Assembly: GCA_951406725.2 (NCBI GenBank) | Contig: OX597817.1 | Location: 77,004,001-77,068,000, forward strand | Origin: Octopus vulgaris | Taxonomy: Eukaryota | Reading direction: 5' to 3' | DNA: 64,000 bases | In this document: piece by piece, positions 25,330-37,397 of the stretch | How positions within the stretch are numbered: position 1 is the first letter of the stretch | Layout: every line of letters starts with the position of its first letter | The notes under the pieces: generated by a model | Told to the model about the DNA's origin: nothing | Seen by the model: only the letters and a program-made list of their open reading frames with translations | Database searches by the model: none | Made by a program: the position numbers and the translations under genes

Positions 25330-25477
25330 ATATTCCCAAAGTCTGTCCAAAAAAACTTCCGACTGGGTCAAAAAGGCAAGCAAAAGTGGACTGTTGCCAG
25401 GGATACATTATAAACAAGCTTGGCCTCTCGCCGACTCGAAGCTCAACGAAATGATGGATTTTCTCCAAGTCTATTGA
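25330..25477 (+). CDS. Candidate terminal coding exon of an unidentified host gene
   Basis: Strong acceptor (long polypyrimidine tract, CGTAG|A at 25329) then 48 open, complex codons [48 protein letters not shown]; an island of unique sequence between microsatellites. No homology recognised. Confidence 0.4.
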
Positions 25478-25660
25478 TTCAAATTGATATATTGAGTCAA
25501 GCTTTATTTTCTCTTTACCTTTTTTTATATGTTTCTTTCTTTTTTTTTGTAGGTTTATCGATTTTGCTTTCTCCTTCAGGTGTTTCGTGAATAAATTACT
25601 TACCGACGACTGAGGATTTTTGTCGTTTTTAATGTTGTATTTTGTTTTGCATACACGTAT

Positions 25661-25785
<125 letters not shown>

Positions 25786-26006
25786 ACAGTTCTATATTTA
25801 TATATATATATACATATATACATATGTATATATACATATATGTGTGTGTATATGCGTATATATATATATTTTACTTTGGGAAAAATATATATATACACAT
25901 ATGAATGGATATATATATATATATATATATGTATATATTATACATATGCATATATGCTTATATATGTGGGTGTATATATACATATGTATATATATGTGTG
26001 AGTGGG

Positions 26007-26059
<53 letters not shown>

Positions 26060-26063
<4 letters not shown>

Positions 26064-26262
26064 AAAGGTTATATTTGTAGGCTGAGAACACTTCAAGAAT
26101 ATAAATCCACACTCGGAGTTTCACGTCTCTGATCCGATGATCAGTGGGGGAAAAAAGAGAAACACACGAAGTAACTGCCTGTAGAGTATACAGCTTTCAT
26201 TAAAAGTTGATACTTTACTCTAATTTCAGTATTGAGTACTTTCTTTTTGTTGCCCAAATTTA
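26060..26262 (-). mobile_element. PLE-like terminal fragment with a degenerate type I hammerhead-like motif, next to (TA)n
   Basis: Reverse complement CCA CTGATCA tcggatcagagacgt GAAA CTCCGAG TG TGG (26107-26147). Confidence 0.45.
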
Positions 26263-26659
26263 GAGATTAATGTGTCTGTATGTGTATGTTGTTATTTGTG
26301 CATGTATATCTGTAATATATAATACATTTATATACATAATATATATATATATATGCGTGTGTGTGGGTGGGTGTATGTGTACGTGTGTGTGTGCGTGTGT
26401 GTAAAGGGAGTTAGAGGGGAACAGACAAATAGATACAGACACCCAACCACACCCACGTTTCTAATCATAGGAGGACTGAGATGGCATACAGGTTAAGAGA
26501 AGCCGAGAAGATCGTAAGTCTTATTATGACGGTCAGTCTTGTATGTTATATTATGATTTTTTTCTGTTTTCGTTATTTATTGGTTATGTTTTTGTTCCTT
26601 GTTAGCTTTAATACAACCCTTCTTGTACTCATACATATATATACCCACAAACATACATC

Positions 26660-26831
<172 letters not shown>

Positions 26832-27581
26832 GATTGCGTTTATACATTTATGTGGCTATTTCTTTCCCTCTTTCCTCTTCACCCACGATCGGCAAAAGAA
26901 AAGTTCTTTCCAATATGTTTTTCTCGGTGAGAAAACAAATAATGATTGAGAAGAAATTTGTACAAGTTCAATCCTAGTTTATCCCCCTGAGAATATAGTG
27001 TCTCCTCTCTCCTTCTCTCTCTATTTTTTCTCTATCTCTTTTTCTCTTTGCCTTTCCTCTTTAGTGTGATGAGGAGTTTATGTCAAAAACAAACAAAAAA
27101 AGAAATCGTAAAATAAAAACAAAGACATAAGCAAAGAGAACGAGAAGGAAAGAAAGGAAGGACGAAAGACAGCAGGGGAAAAAAGGAAAAGTAGTATAGA
27201 AAGGAAACGAAAAGAAAGCGTGAAAGACGGGAGAGATAATATTTACCATCATCAGTCATAGTTCACGCTGCATTTCTGTTTTTTCGTGGATGGAACACAA
27301 AACACACAATTAGCAAAACTACAAACACGATCTGGAATAAATAATTCATTCTTTATTTACTAAGAACGAAAACAAAAACAGCAGAAATAGTAACGTACAA
27401 AAACACCAACAGCAATGGTAACAGTAGTAGCACCAATGCTAGCAACAACAACTGACATACAAAAGGAAAGATACATGTTTGTGTGCATGCGTGTGTGTGT
27501 CTGTGTGGGTATAAACATATATATATGTATGTGTGTGTATGTATGCATGTATGTATATGTATATGTAAATATATATACATA

Positions 27582-27617
<36 letters not shown>

Positions 27618-27630
27618 TGTATGTATATGC

Positions 27631-27680
<50 letters not shown>

Positions 27681-28226
27681 ATGTGTGTGTATGTGTGTGT
27701 GTGTGTATGTATATGTATTCAAACAAAATATTTTATGCAGGATGATACAAAATAGTTATCCATAGACTGACTTCGATACACAGAATATGAAATGATATAT
27801 GTAAAGACTAAAATGCATAAAATATATAAATAAAGAATGCTGAAGAATGTGAAAACAACAAAATCAGTTTATAAATGCATATATTAAAATATAACGTTGA
27901 ATCAGATCGATGAAACTGCTGATTCCTTGCGATGATGATTTATATTTTTATAGTGTTTCAGTAAAGAATAATATTTAAAAATTTTTCTCTATAATTTTTT
28001 GTTATTTTCCCCTTCATTCATTGTCTTTCTGGTGAAGTACCTATATCTGAAACGTTAAGAAATGTTTGCCATTTTTCTTGTTTATCTAATACATTAGCTG
28101 TTTTTAACACTTACAGGTACACGCGCGCACACTCACACACACACATACATTAATATATATTTATGTACGCGTAAGCTGTGTGTAAAATATATATATGAAT
28201 GCACATATAAATATATGTATACATAC

Positions 28227-28262
<36 letters not shown>

Positions 28263-28384
28263 TATGATGTTTATACAAATATTGATGTGTATACAAATAT
28301 GCATCCATATATAATTTATCACATATTCATTCGTAAACACATATATAGATATAGACATATGCATGTATGTGTATATGTATATAA

Positions 28385-29564
28385 CCTATAAATAATGTGC
28401 TCTTTTCAATTGCATGATCTAAAAGTCGGAGTGGAGCGGGATAAATTACTTGTATCAACTTACTATAAAAACAGGTAGTAATTTTACCTTGTACTTATTC
28501 TTAGTGCAAGCTGTGAAGGGTGCAGTTCGATTTTTGTGCAGTTATTATTTTCAAAGCTATAATGGAAGTGGCAAAGGAGCATATTCGGTATATTTTGCTT
28601 TATAAGTTCAATAAAGGTAACAACGCAAGCGAAAGTTGCGAAGAATATTAATGCAGTATATGAGGATCGGACACTAAGCCAGTGTCAACGGTGGCTCCAG
28701 AAATTCCGAGCCGGAAACTACAACCTAGAAGATGAGCCTCGTTCTGGAAGATCAGTAGGGTTTAGTGACAACATCCTGCAAAATCTGGTGGAACAAAATT
28801 CCATGGTAACTGTTGCGGAACTAGCAGAGAAATTTGGATTTGGTCATTTAACCATTTTTCGACAACTGCGTTCCATCAGAAAGGTCAGCAAATTGGGTTA
28901 ATGGTTTCCTCACAAACTTGCCGAATTTAATCACGTGAGGAGAGTGAATGTGTGCTCTTCTTTGCTCTCACGTCTCACGAATGAACCTTTTTTGGACCGA
29001 ATAGTGACTGGTGACGAGAAATGTCTTCTCAACAAAAATGTCAAGCGTCAAAGACAGTGGGTGGGGAAAAGAGAAATACCGACACCCAGGCTAAAGAAGG
29101 TCATCACCCACGTAATTTGTAGTTATCTGTTTGTTGGAATATCAACGGTTTAGTCCAAACGATAACAATAGAGATCTACTGCGATCAACTTGAGCAGCTT
29201 AAGTCAGCGCTAGAAGAAAATCGACCATCTTTGGCTTCAAGACAAAAGGTGCTCTTCCATCAAGGTAATGCACAGCCACATACAGCGAGGATGAGATTCC
29301 ATATTCGCCGGTTATTACCCCATGTGATTATCATTTATTCCGCAGTATTCAAAATCATTTGTACGAAAAATTTATGAATTCTGTAGACGAAGTCAGAACA
29401 GTACTGAAGGAGTATTTTTCATCACGGACAAGTGAAATTTGGAAGAGGGGACCTTGCAAGTCTACCAGATAGATGGAAAAGCATTGTAGAAAATGGAGGG
29501 CATATTTTAGATTAATTTTGGAAAAGGTATTAGAAAAACACGTTATTTATGGGATGACCCAATA
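28385..29564 (+). mobile_element. Near-full-length decayed mariner (DD34D) transposon
   Basis: MEVAKEHIRYILLYKFNKG...RWLQKFRAGNYNLEDEPRSGR...WFPHKL...FLDRIVTGDEK...YSPVITPCDYHLFRSIQNHL with stops and frameshifts; right TIR TTATTTATGGGATGACCCAA|TA; left TIR partial. Confidence 0.92.
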
Positions 29565-29575
29565 TATATATATAA

Positions 29576-29670
<95 letters not shown>

Positions 29671-30224
29671 GCCCTGATGCAGTACCAGGCAGTGGCTCTC
29701 ATGGCTTCTCATCTTAACTGATTGGAAGTGTTATCATCTACATTGTTTTGTCTTGGTATAAAAGATGGGCTACAGCAAATATTCTGCTCAATACCACAGA
29801 TTTGCTTGTCAGTTGTTTGACCTTAACCAGTTGAGCATGTCCCTTAGTGGCTGACGATATGTGCATCTCTGATCACGAGCAGAAGTAGTGGGGGAGCATC
29901 ATAGCCATGTGTTGAGAGGGATTCTTTGGGGTTTGAATAGTTCACCTCTGGAAACATGAGTGGTTCTTTCAACATCCTTAAACAACCCTTATTCAGGGAC
30001 CGTTTGAGCGGGATGGGCTACTCAACCTGAAGAAAATTCTAACTGGGCCCCACCTGCAAGGTCATGTGCTGTTTATCTTGATATGAGATCACCATGTCGC
30101 GCACATATGGTTGTGATGCATGTGCCTGGTGTACCTTTATCAGACGGGTAGTCATGATGGGTATATTGGGCTTCGTATATTTTACCCCAGTGTCACTTTG
30201 ATGGCATGAACTGCTCTCTCACTC
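29671..30224 (+). mobile_element. Family C non-coding retroposon, full-length copy flanked by (TAA)n on both sides
   Basis: Starts GCCCTGATGCAGTACCAGG and ends CTCTCTCACTC(AAT)n; 7 related copies or fragments in the window. Confidence 0.9.
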
Positions 30225-30279
<55 letters not shown>

Positions 30280-30950
30280 TAAGTAAATTAATTAATGAAA
30301 ATAGATTAAATTATAGAATTTTAGCTTAATTTATGTTTATTATATTATGTATCTAGTATTTAAATTATTTAGACTTTACAATTTTTCTTACAGCTAAAAT
30401 ACATTTGTAATTTTAATAGCTTAAATACATATTTCTATGTATTTCTTCTATAAATTCTATTTGCGTCATATTTTTACGCGATATATTTATTATAGTTCTT
30501 ATAAACGCTAAGTTCGATGTTTTACGTTTAAATTGTAAGTTAACGAAAATCCTTCGAAAAGATAAGTTATATTTTTATTTTTAAAAATATTGTCAAATGC
30601 TTTTCGATAATTTATAGTTAATACGCGTATTTTTTAATATATTTATTTGATATTTAGTATAAGTTAAAATAAGTACATTTATTCTATTATTATTTTTTAT
30701 TATTTATTATCTTAGACCTGACGAGTGACTATATTTTTAAATAGAATTAATTTTAGTTCGATTTAATTTTGAATCGAATTGATTATATTATTATTATCTG
30801 TTTGAAAATATTGCCATGAAACGTGCGTAGTATTTTTACTACTATTTACTATTTATTATAATTTATGATTTAAAATAAGTTTTTTTTTTTATATTATGTT
30901 TTCTATATGGTGTGAATAACATCTTTCTTTATTGAATTGTTTAATAGTGA
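30280..30950 (+). mobile_element. AT-rich PLE-like element with a long-stem hammerhead-like motif
   Basis: CTGACGA (30718) GTGACTATA...TATTGCCAT GAAACGTGCGTAG; related to 14075-14575. Confidence 0.55.
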
Positions 30951-31168
30951 CAGAATCGTTAGCACGCTAGGCGAAATGCTTACCGGTATTTCATCTGCCG
31001 TTACGTTCTGAGTTCAAATTCCATCGATGTCGACTTTGCTTTTCATCCCTTCGTGGTCAATTAAATAAGTACTAGTTACGCACTGGGGTCGATGTAAAAG
31101 ACTTAATCTCTTTGTCCTTGTTAGTCCCCTCTATGTTTAGCCCCCTGTGGGCAATAAAGAAATAAAAA
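30950..31168 (+). mobile_element. SINE family A, LINE-tailed monomer
   Basis: Ends GTCCCCTCTATGTTTAGCCCCCTGTGGGCAATAAAGAAAT. Confidence 0.9.
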
Positions 31169-31189
31169 AGATGGGTTCGGGCAAGGCTG

Positions 31190-31345
31190 GAAAGTACCCT
31201 ACATGCCAGTCTCTATAATAGCTCCGTCCGACCTGTGTTCTTGTACGCAAGTGATATTTGGGCCACCAAGAAGAAAGGAGAGCATAGACTGGCTACGTAA
31301 CAAAGGGTGACGGAAAGGTTCATGCTAGGGATATCATTGCGAATG
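31190..31345 (+). mobile_element. RTE-clade fragment
   Basis: RPVFLYASDIWATKKKGEHRLAT*QRVTERFMLGISLR (LYGxETW-like motif). Confidence 0.65.
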
Positions 31346-31564
31346 TGTTTATAGGTTAGATCAGTTATGACTCTTCTCAAATGTAACAATGTATTTCGTG
31401 GCTTATTATCCTTTTAAACCTATTCACTAATGATTGATTGGTGCTTAAATCCTGAATCTAGTTAATATTAAAATTCTAATTAATAGTAAATCAGACAGTT
31501 TGATTTGGAAAGCAGAAATTCTATGTCCATAAATCAAGTATCTTTCCAGTAAACATATGGGGCC

Positions 31565-31992
31565 GGCGAAGCTGTGCAGTAGGAAGCTTACTTCTCAACC
31601 ATATGATTCCGGGTTCAGTCCTACTGCGTGGTACCTTGGATATGTGTCTTCTACGACACCCTTGAGCCAACCAAAGCCTTGTGAGTGGATTTGGTAGACG
31701 AAAATTGAAAGAAGCCTCTCGTATGTGCGCGTGCGTCTGTGCGTCTGTGCGTGTATGTGTCTTTTGTGTCTGTGCTTGTCCCTTATCACAGCTTGACAAC
31801 CGGTATTTGTGTGCTTACGTCACTGTAACCAAGAGGTTCGGTGAAAGGGATTGACAGAATAAGTACCAGGCTTTTAAAAACGTAAGAACGGTGGGGGGTC
31901 GTTTACTTCGACTAAAAATAATTCTTCAAGGTGGTGCCCCAGCATGGCCTAAGTGTAATGACTGAAACAATTAAAGGATAAAGAATAAAAGG
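31565..31992 (+). mobile_element. SINE family B, full length
   Basis: tRNA-like head, CORE-like ACCTTGG..A.GTGTCTT, internal (GT)n, 3' GGTGCCCCAGCATGGCC...GACTGAAAC, A-rich tail. Confidence 0.9.
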
Positions 31993-32229
31993 TATACTCG
32001 CTAATTTTGTTGATATGTAAGATTTGATCAACGTAAGCCGCTTCCCAAATGTATCGTTACTGTTTGTTATTCTAAAAGATATCTTCTATATCCGTAAAAA
32101 ACAACAAAAGCAGCAGATACATGTCCTAACTCGCTCTGCTACCCCCATATGATTTATCTTTGCAGGCCGGAGTGTACAGTGTAGACCTCAGCTACGCAGA
32201 GACCCGGTACAATCGGAACAACATAATGT

Positions 32230-32560
32230 GGGTCACGCCCCTAATCACTCGAACGACTTCCTGTTTTGATCACAGCTAACCTGGAGTTACACAACAGCGG
32301 CACCAACAGCAGCTTACACTGAAAAATACTTTTTAAAAAATTATTTCTGGTTAAATAAACACAACGAAGCAAATAATTCTATACTTTTATTCCAGTAAAG
32401 AGTTCGTGCATTTCTACTTTTAAAAGCAACGCCATTTTTTTCTTGGTTACGGGTTTCATACGCCAAGTAAGTTTTTTTTTCTTGTATGCCGTCTATTTGG
32501 TCAATACATTTATAAATATATTGATCTTATTGTTACTAAACGTAACTGGAGCGGAAGTCT
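32230..32560 (+). promoter_or_regulatory. Candidate promoter / non-coding first exon
   Basis: KLF/SP-like CACGCCCC (32234), ETS ACTTCCTG (32256), YY1 CGCCATTTT (32430), consensus donor CAA|GTAAGT (32467), ETS CGGAAGT (32552), all in unique sequence. Confidence 0.35.
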
Positions 32561-33874
32561 AGTTGCTTGGGTCGACAACAGTATATTAATACTATGTTAA
32601 TTTTATTGAACTAATTTTATAGAAGAATTAATTTTATTGAAAAATCAATACAAAGTATCCAGTTTGACTCTCAATTCTCTCTTCTCCTTCCCCTCCCACT
32701 ACCACTACTACTACTACTTTAATGCAATAGAATACATATACAAATTGATACACAGACACATTCTTGTTTCCACTTTATATATCTAGGAACCAATCGCCAT
32801 TCAAGAATTTTATTCAGATATACGTTCAAACTTTGACCTCAATTCAAGAAACTTTTATTTTATTTATGTTTTCCTTTGTTTATATTCCTTTTGCTTTTTT
32901 TTCCTCTTTTATTTTTTAGTCTTAACCCTTTAAGGAACTTTGACTTCAGCCGTTATATATCATTACAATTCTCGTCTATTCTTCTCTTTTCCTTTCTCCC
33001 ACACTATCTTCTTTCACTTACTTCGATCTCCTCTTCTTCTTTCTCGTCCTCGTTATTTATTCTGGCATCACCTCAACAGGTTACTCGATCACTACACTTT
33101 TCTCTCTCCTCTTCATCTCCTCCCCTTCATCTCCTCCTCCCCCCATAGACATTGTTTTGTCGTTGTCAATAAAACAGTCTATGTTTTATAGATTAGTCTT
33201 TACTTCTTCAGTTCCTCTTTATCTTCATTTATCACTCAAGGTTATTCACTAAGATCTCTTAATAAATTAGCCATCGAGCTCACTGACATTCCTCAAAGAA
33301 GGGTCTTGTCTGAATCGTTACAATTTTCTTCTCACGACCGACACACTAATATCATCTATATTTTGATCCTTATTGAACTGATTTTTATATATTTATTTAC
33401 TTTTACCTATGTAGTTATTTGCTTATTTTCTTATTTATTTACTCTTTCCGACTATATCACTCCGTCTACTAGTGTTTTAACTTTGATTATCTGACAAACT
33501 GTCTAAACAATAGCCAGACAATCAACCTTTCTCAGCAAAGTTCTTACAACTAAGTAGACGTAAAAAACGAATCTGATGAAAGAAATTATATCTTGAACTG
33601 CACTATACATGTTATGGCTTATGTCTATCCGCCAAACCAAACGAAAGCCTGATCCTAAATCGATATGCTCTTTTCAACTTAGCATTTCGGCAAATGAGGC
33701 CACTAGAGTAAGCACCAGATTAAGAAAATAAATACTGGGGTCGATTTGTTCAACTAAACTCTTCAAGGCAGTGCCCCAGCATGGCCGTAGGCCAACAAAT
33801 GTAACAAGTAAAAAGTAAAATATAAAAGGCATTAATGTTTATACTTGTCAAAACTCATCATGCTAACATATTGA

Positions 33875-34069
33875 CTTTAAACTTTGGCACAAAACCAGAA
33901 ACTTCGGGGTAGAGATAAGTCGATTACATCGACCCCAGTGCTTAATTGCTATTTATTTTATCAACCCCAAAAGGATGAAAGGTAAGGTCAACCTCGACGG
34001 AATTTGAACTCAGAAAGTAAATGTGAACGAAATGCCGCTAAACTTGTTGCCCGGCATGCTAACGATTCT
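33875..34069 (-). mobile_element. SINE family A monomer
   Basis: Shared core; head abuts the trimer tail. Confidence 0.85.
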
Positions 34070-34640
34070 TATTTCTTTATTGCCCGCAAGAGGGAACAAA
34101 CAAGGACAGACAAAGGGATTAAGTCGATTACATCGACTCCAGTGCGTAACTGGTATTTAATTTATCGACCCCCGAAAGGATGAAAGGCAAAGTCGACCTC
34201 GGCAGAATTTGAACTCAGAACGTAGCGGCAGACGAACTACCTATTTCTTTACTACCCACAAGGGGCTTAACACAGAGGGGACAAACAAGGACAGACAAAC
34301 GGATTAAGTCGATTACATCGACTCCAGTGCGTAACTGGTATTTAATTTATCGACCCCGAAAGGATGAAAGGCAAAGTCGACCTCGGCGGAATTTGAACTC
34401 AGAACGTAGCGGCAGACAAAATACCTATTTCTTTACTACCCACAAGGGGCTAAACACACGGAGGACAAACGGATTAAGTTGATTATATCGACCCCAGTGC
34501 GTAACTGGTACTTATTTAATCAACCCGAAAGGATGAAAAGCAAAGTCGACCTCGGCGGTATTTGAACTCAGAACGTAACGGCAAACGAAATACGGCTACG
34601 CATTTCGCCCGGCGTGCTAACGATTCTGCCAGCTCGCCAC
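34070..34640 (-). mobile_element. SINE family A head-to-tail trimer (~185-bp units)
   Basis: One full head at 34640; matching junctions at ~34241 and ~34426. Confidence 0.92.
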
Positions 34641-34973
34641 TTTAACACTCGCAAAAATATTGATTTTAAATTTTTGCACAAGGCCAGCAGGTTTGGGAGG
34701 GACTACTTGATTACATAAATCTGAATTAAAAAAAAAACACTGGTACTACAAGATGGGTGGAGGTAAAGCAAATGGCTCCGAGCAGCAGCAGTAGTAGCAC
34801 TGTAAAATTAGTAAGAGGTTCTTTAACTTGTGTGGCTGATTTGAAACAACCACAACCATTGCGGGCATATTTCGCCGTGGGATAATGCCTTATTTATTTA
34901 TGTGTATTCCGATTTGGTGGAATAAGCCAATCACTGGTTCAGTGCATTTCAACTGAAGAAAAATCAAAGACAA

Positions 34974-34974
<1 letters not shown>

Positions 34975-35053
<79 letters not shown>

Positions 35054-35064
35054 TGATGATGATG

Positions 35065-35114
<50 letters not shown>

Positions 35115-35163
35115 TATAATAATAATGATGATGATGATAATAATAATGATGATGATGATGATG

Positions 35164-35220
<57 letters not shown>
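34975..35220. repeat. (TAA)n/(TGA)n microsatellite
   Basis: Direct reading. Confidence 0.95.
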
Positions 35221-35221
<1 letters not shown>

Positions 35222-35345
35222 GTGTTTATAGATCGTTGCAGAGTAAAATATCGAAAAACGCTTTATTGGAAGAGATTGGGTTGTTCAGTCGTCTCCTTGT
35301 TGTTCGATGTACATCGGCGAAGAATCTATTTATCTAGCTAGCTAG

Positions 35346-35368
<23 letters not shown>

Positions 35369-35419
<51 letters not shown>

Positions 35420-36310
35420 CTCAACTTGTGTTTCTGTGTGTGTATCTGTGTGTGTGTCTGTGTATTTAACTTCCCGGCACATCTCCTCCTAGCCAACAAA
35501 TCGTAGAACCACCAAAAATGGGTCATTTAAAGTTTAGGCGAATGAAAATTGAACTGCACTATTTCTGTTCCGAAATTCATCTCGCAAGTGCAAAAATCGA
35601 TAATGTGTTTGTTTAGGCCTTATCCATGCATTGAATAGTGAACTTTACTCAGTCAGCTGTTTGACGTGAACTGTGTTCACTACGCGTGCAAGCATACGTA
35701 AATTTCATGAAAAATAAAAAAATCAAGATATAAAAACGAATCGCCGTAAACATTGTTGAAATTCGGCAAAGAAATTAATTTTCGGGATGTAGCCTGGAGG
35801 GTTTTTTCGTATTAATCGTTTGGACTTTGTGAACACATACCAATTGTTTTCATAACATTTTTAACGCTTTGAATTAAATGTAACCATTTTGCGTTGAGTC
35901 TGCAGTTTGAATCACTTTAACCAAATTTTAGCAGGCTGGATTTTTGATCATCACGATACATCGCCAGCGACTCCCTGAAGCCCTCCCCTGAAATCCCCGT
36001 TGAGAAATCTATATGTATAAAACTCAACTTGTGTGTCTGTGTGTGTATCTGTGTGTGTGTCTGTGTGTTTAACTTTTGGATCTACCAAGTTTCATTATTA
36101 AGGATGGAAAGTAGTGTGTAGCAAATCTATATATATAAAGCTGAAGTTGTCTGTGTGTGGCAGGTTTGGTAGCCTTCAACTAACACTATCTCCTTCGAGA
36201 CCTTGCAGCACAAGTTGACCAAAATTGACAGTATGACAGAAGAAGGCTTGCTCTTCATTCTGTAGAAGATAAAATTCAAATCGGACCATGTTAACAACAA
36301 AAATTAAGGT
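35369..36310 (+). mobile_element. Three successive non-autonomous Helitron-like 5' ends (35369, 36008, 36126)
   Basis: Each starts TCTATAT..ATAA followed by (GT/CTGT)n, like 48927 and 50972; the first two share AACTCAACTTGTGT; no 3' hairpin seen. Confidence 0.55.
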
Positions 36311-36323
36311 CTTTTTTTTTTCA

Positions 36324-36875
36324 GGTCACTTTCAAGTGCTACTGGTAACATGTAACCCAGTACAACCTGTTGCATGGTAGGGTCGTCGGTGACTAATCCG
36401 GCAACCCCACCAAGCTTGCTTGCTTGGTGAGGAGGGTGTTTATTGGACACCCTGCGGGATGAAAAACAAAACCCGTCAAAGGGCGGAGGAACTCTTGAGA
36501 GTGAACGGCCATCCAGTAAATGTCTTAAGGCTGTATCATGCGCGGGGACATAGAAATAATCGGACTGAATACCCGATCGCGCGGTTAAACCATTGGGAGT
36601 GAAAGACTCCTAGCCTTTGTTAGGGCATCTTTCTAGGAGAAGGTAACTCAGGTTACTGGGATGACTCCGACATAAAACCTACGGCTCAGTGGTTACCGAT
36701 GATGTTGACTTGTTCTTCTTTTCGGATTATGGCTGCTGTTGCTTAGTGAGTGGGATTGACTCAGCGCACAACCTTTCCTCACTTTAAAAAGAATCTTCTT
36801 GCACAGGCATTGCACGATAACAACATTGATTAAGCGTCGTGCAATGACCATACTCGATAACGAGGGGGCAGCCAC

Positions 36876-36882
<7 letters not shown>
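36324..36882 (+). mobile_element. GC-richer, highly structured non-coding element, probably RTE-derived and non-autonomous
   Basis: Many hairpins; TAGGGCATCTTTCTAGGAGAAGGTAACTC (36621-36649) resembles a motif I recall from RTE 5' UTRs; ends in (CA)/(TA)n. Confidence 0.5.
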
Positions 36883-36968
<86 letters not shown>

Positions 36969-36998
36969 AGTGTGTCTGTATGTGAATGTGTATACATG

Positions 36999-37051
<53 letters not shown>

Positions 37052-37054
<3 letters not shown>

Positions 37055-37212
37055 CTAAATCCCAAAAAGAAGAACAAACACAAAAACAACACCGCGGGGA
37101 CGTGGTACATGTAAAGTATTAGCAGACGCTCAGAGAAGGAAAGAAAGATGGTGTAACGTTTCGAGCGGACGCTCTTCTTCGGAACCAGAGGACACTTGAT
37201 CAAGGAGCCCTG
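37052..37212 (-). mobile_element. PLE-derived fragment with hammerhead-like motif between TA-rich microsatellites
   Basis: Reverse complement TGGTTT CCGAAGA A GAGC GTCC GCTC GAAA CGTTA CACCA; related truncated copy at 48826-48915. Confidence 0.6.
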
Positions 37213-37313
37213 ATACATATATATATGAATATATATATGTATATATGAATATATATGTATATATATACACGCACATATATATATACATACATACATATAT
37301 ACATGTGTATACA

Positions 37314-37397
<84 letters not shown>

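Noticed and set aside
29671-30000. HDV-like ribozyme or U2 snRNA origin for the family C 5' end
   Set aside because: Only a small terminal hairpin and a distant TCAGGG match; no P3/L3 pattern, and U2 similarity is limited to ~9 nt.
34070-34640. Regularly spaced repeats that could suggest a CRISPR array
   Set aside because: The whole ~185-bp unit repeats with no unique spacers; it is a SINE multimer in eukaryotic DNA, with no cas genes.
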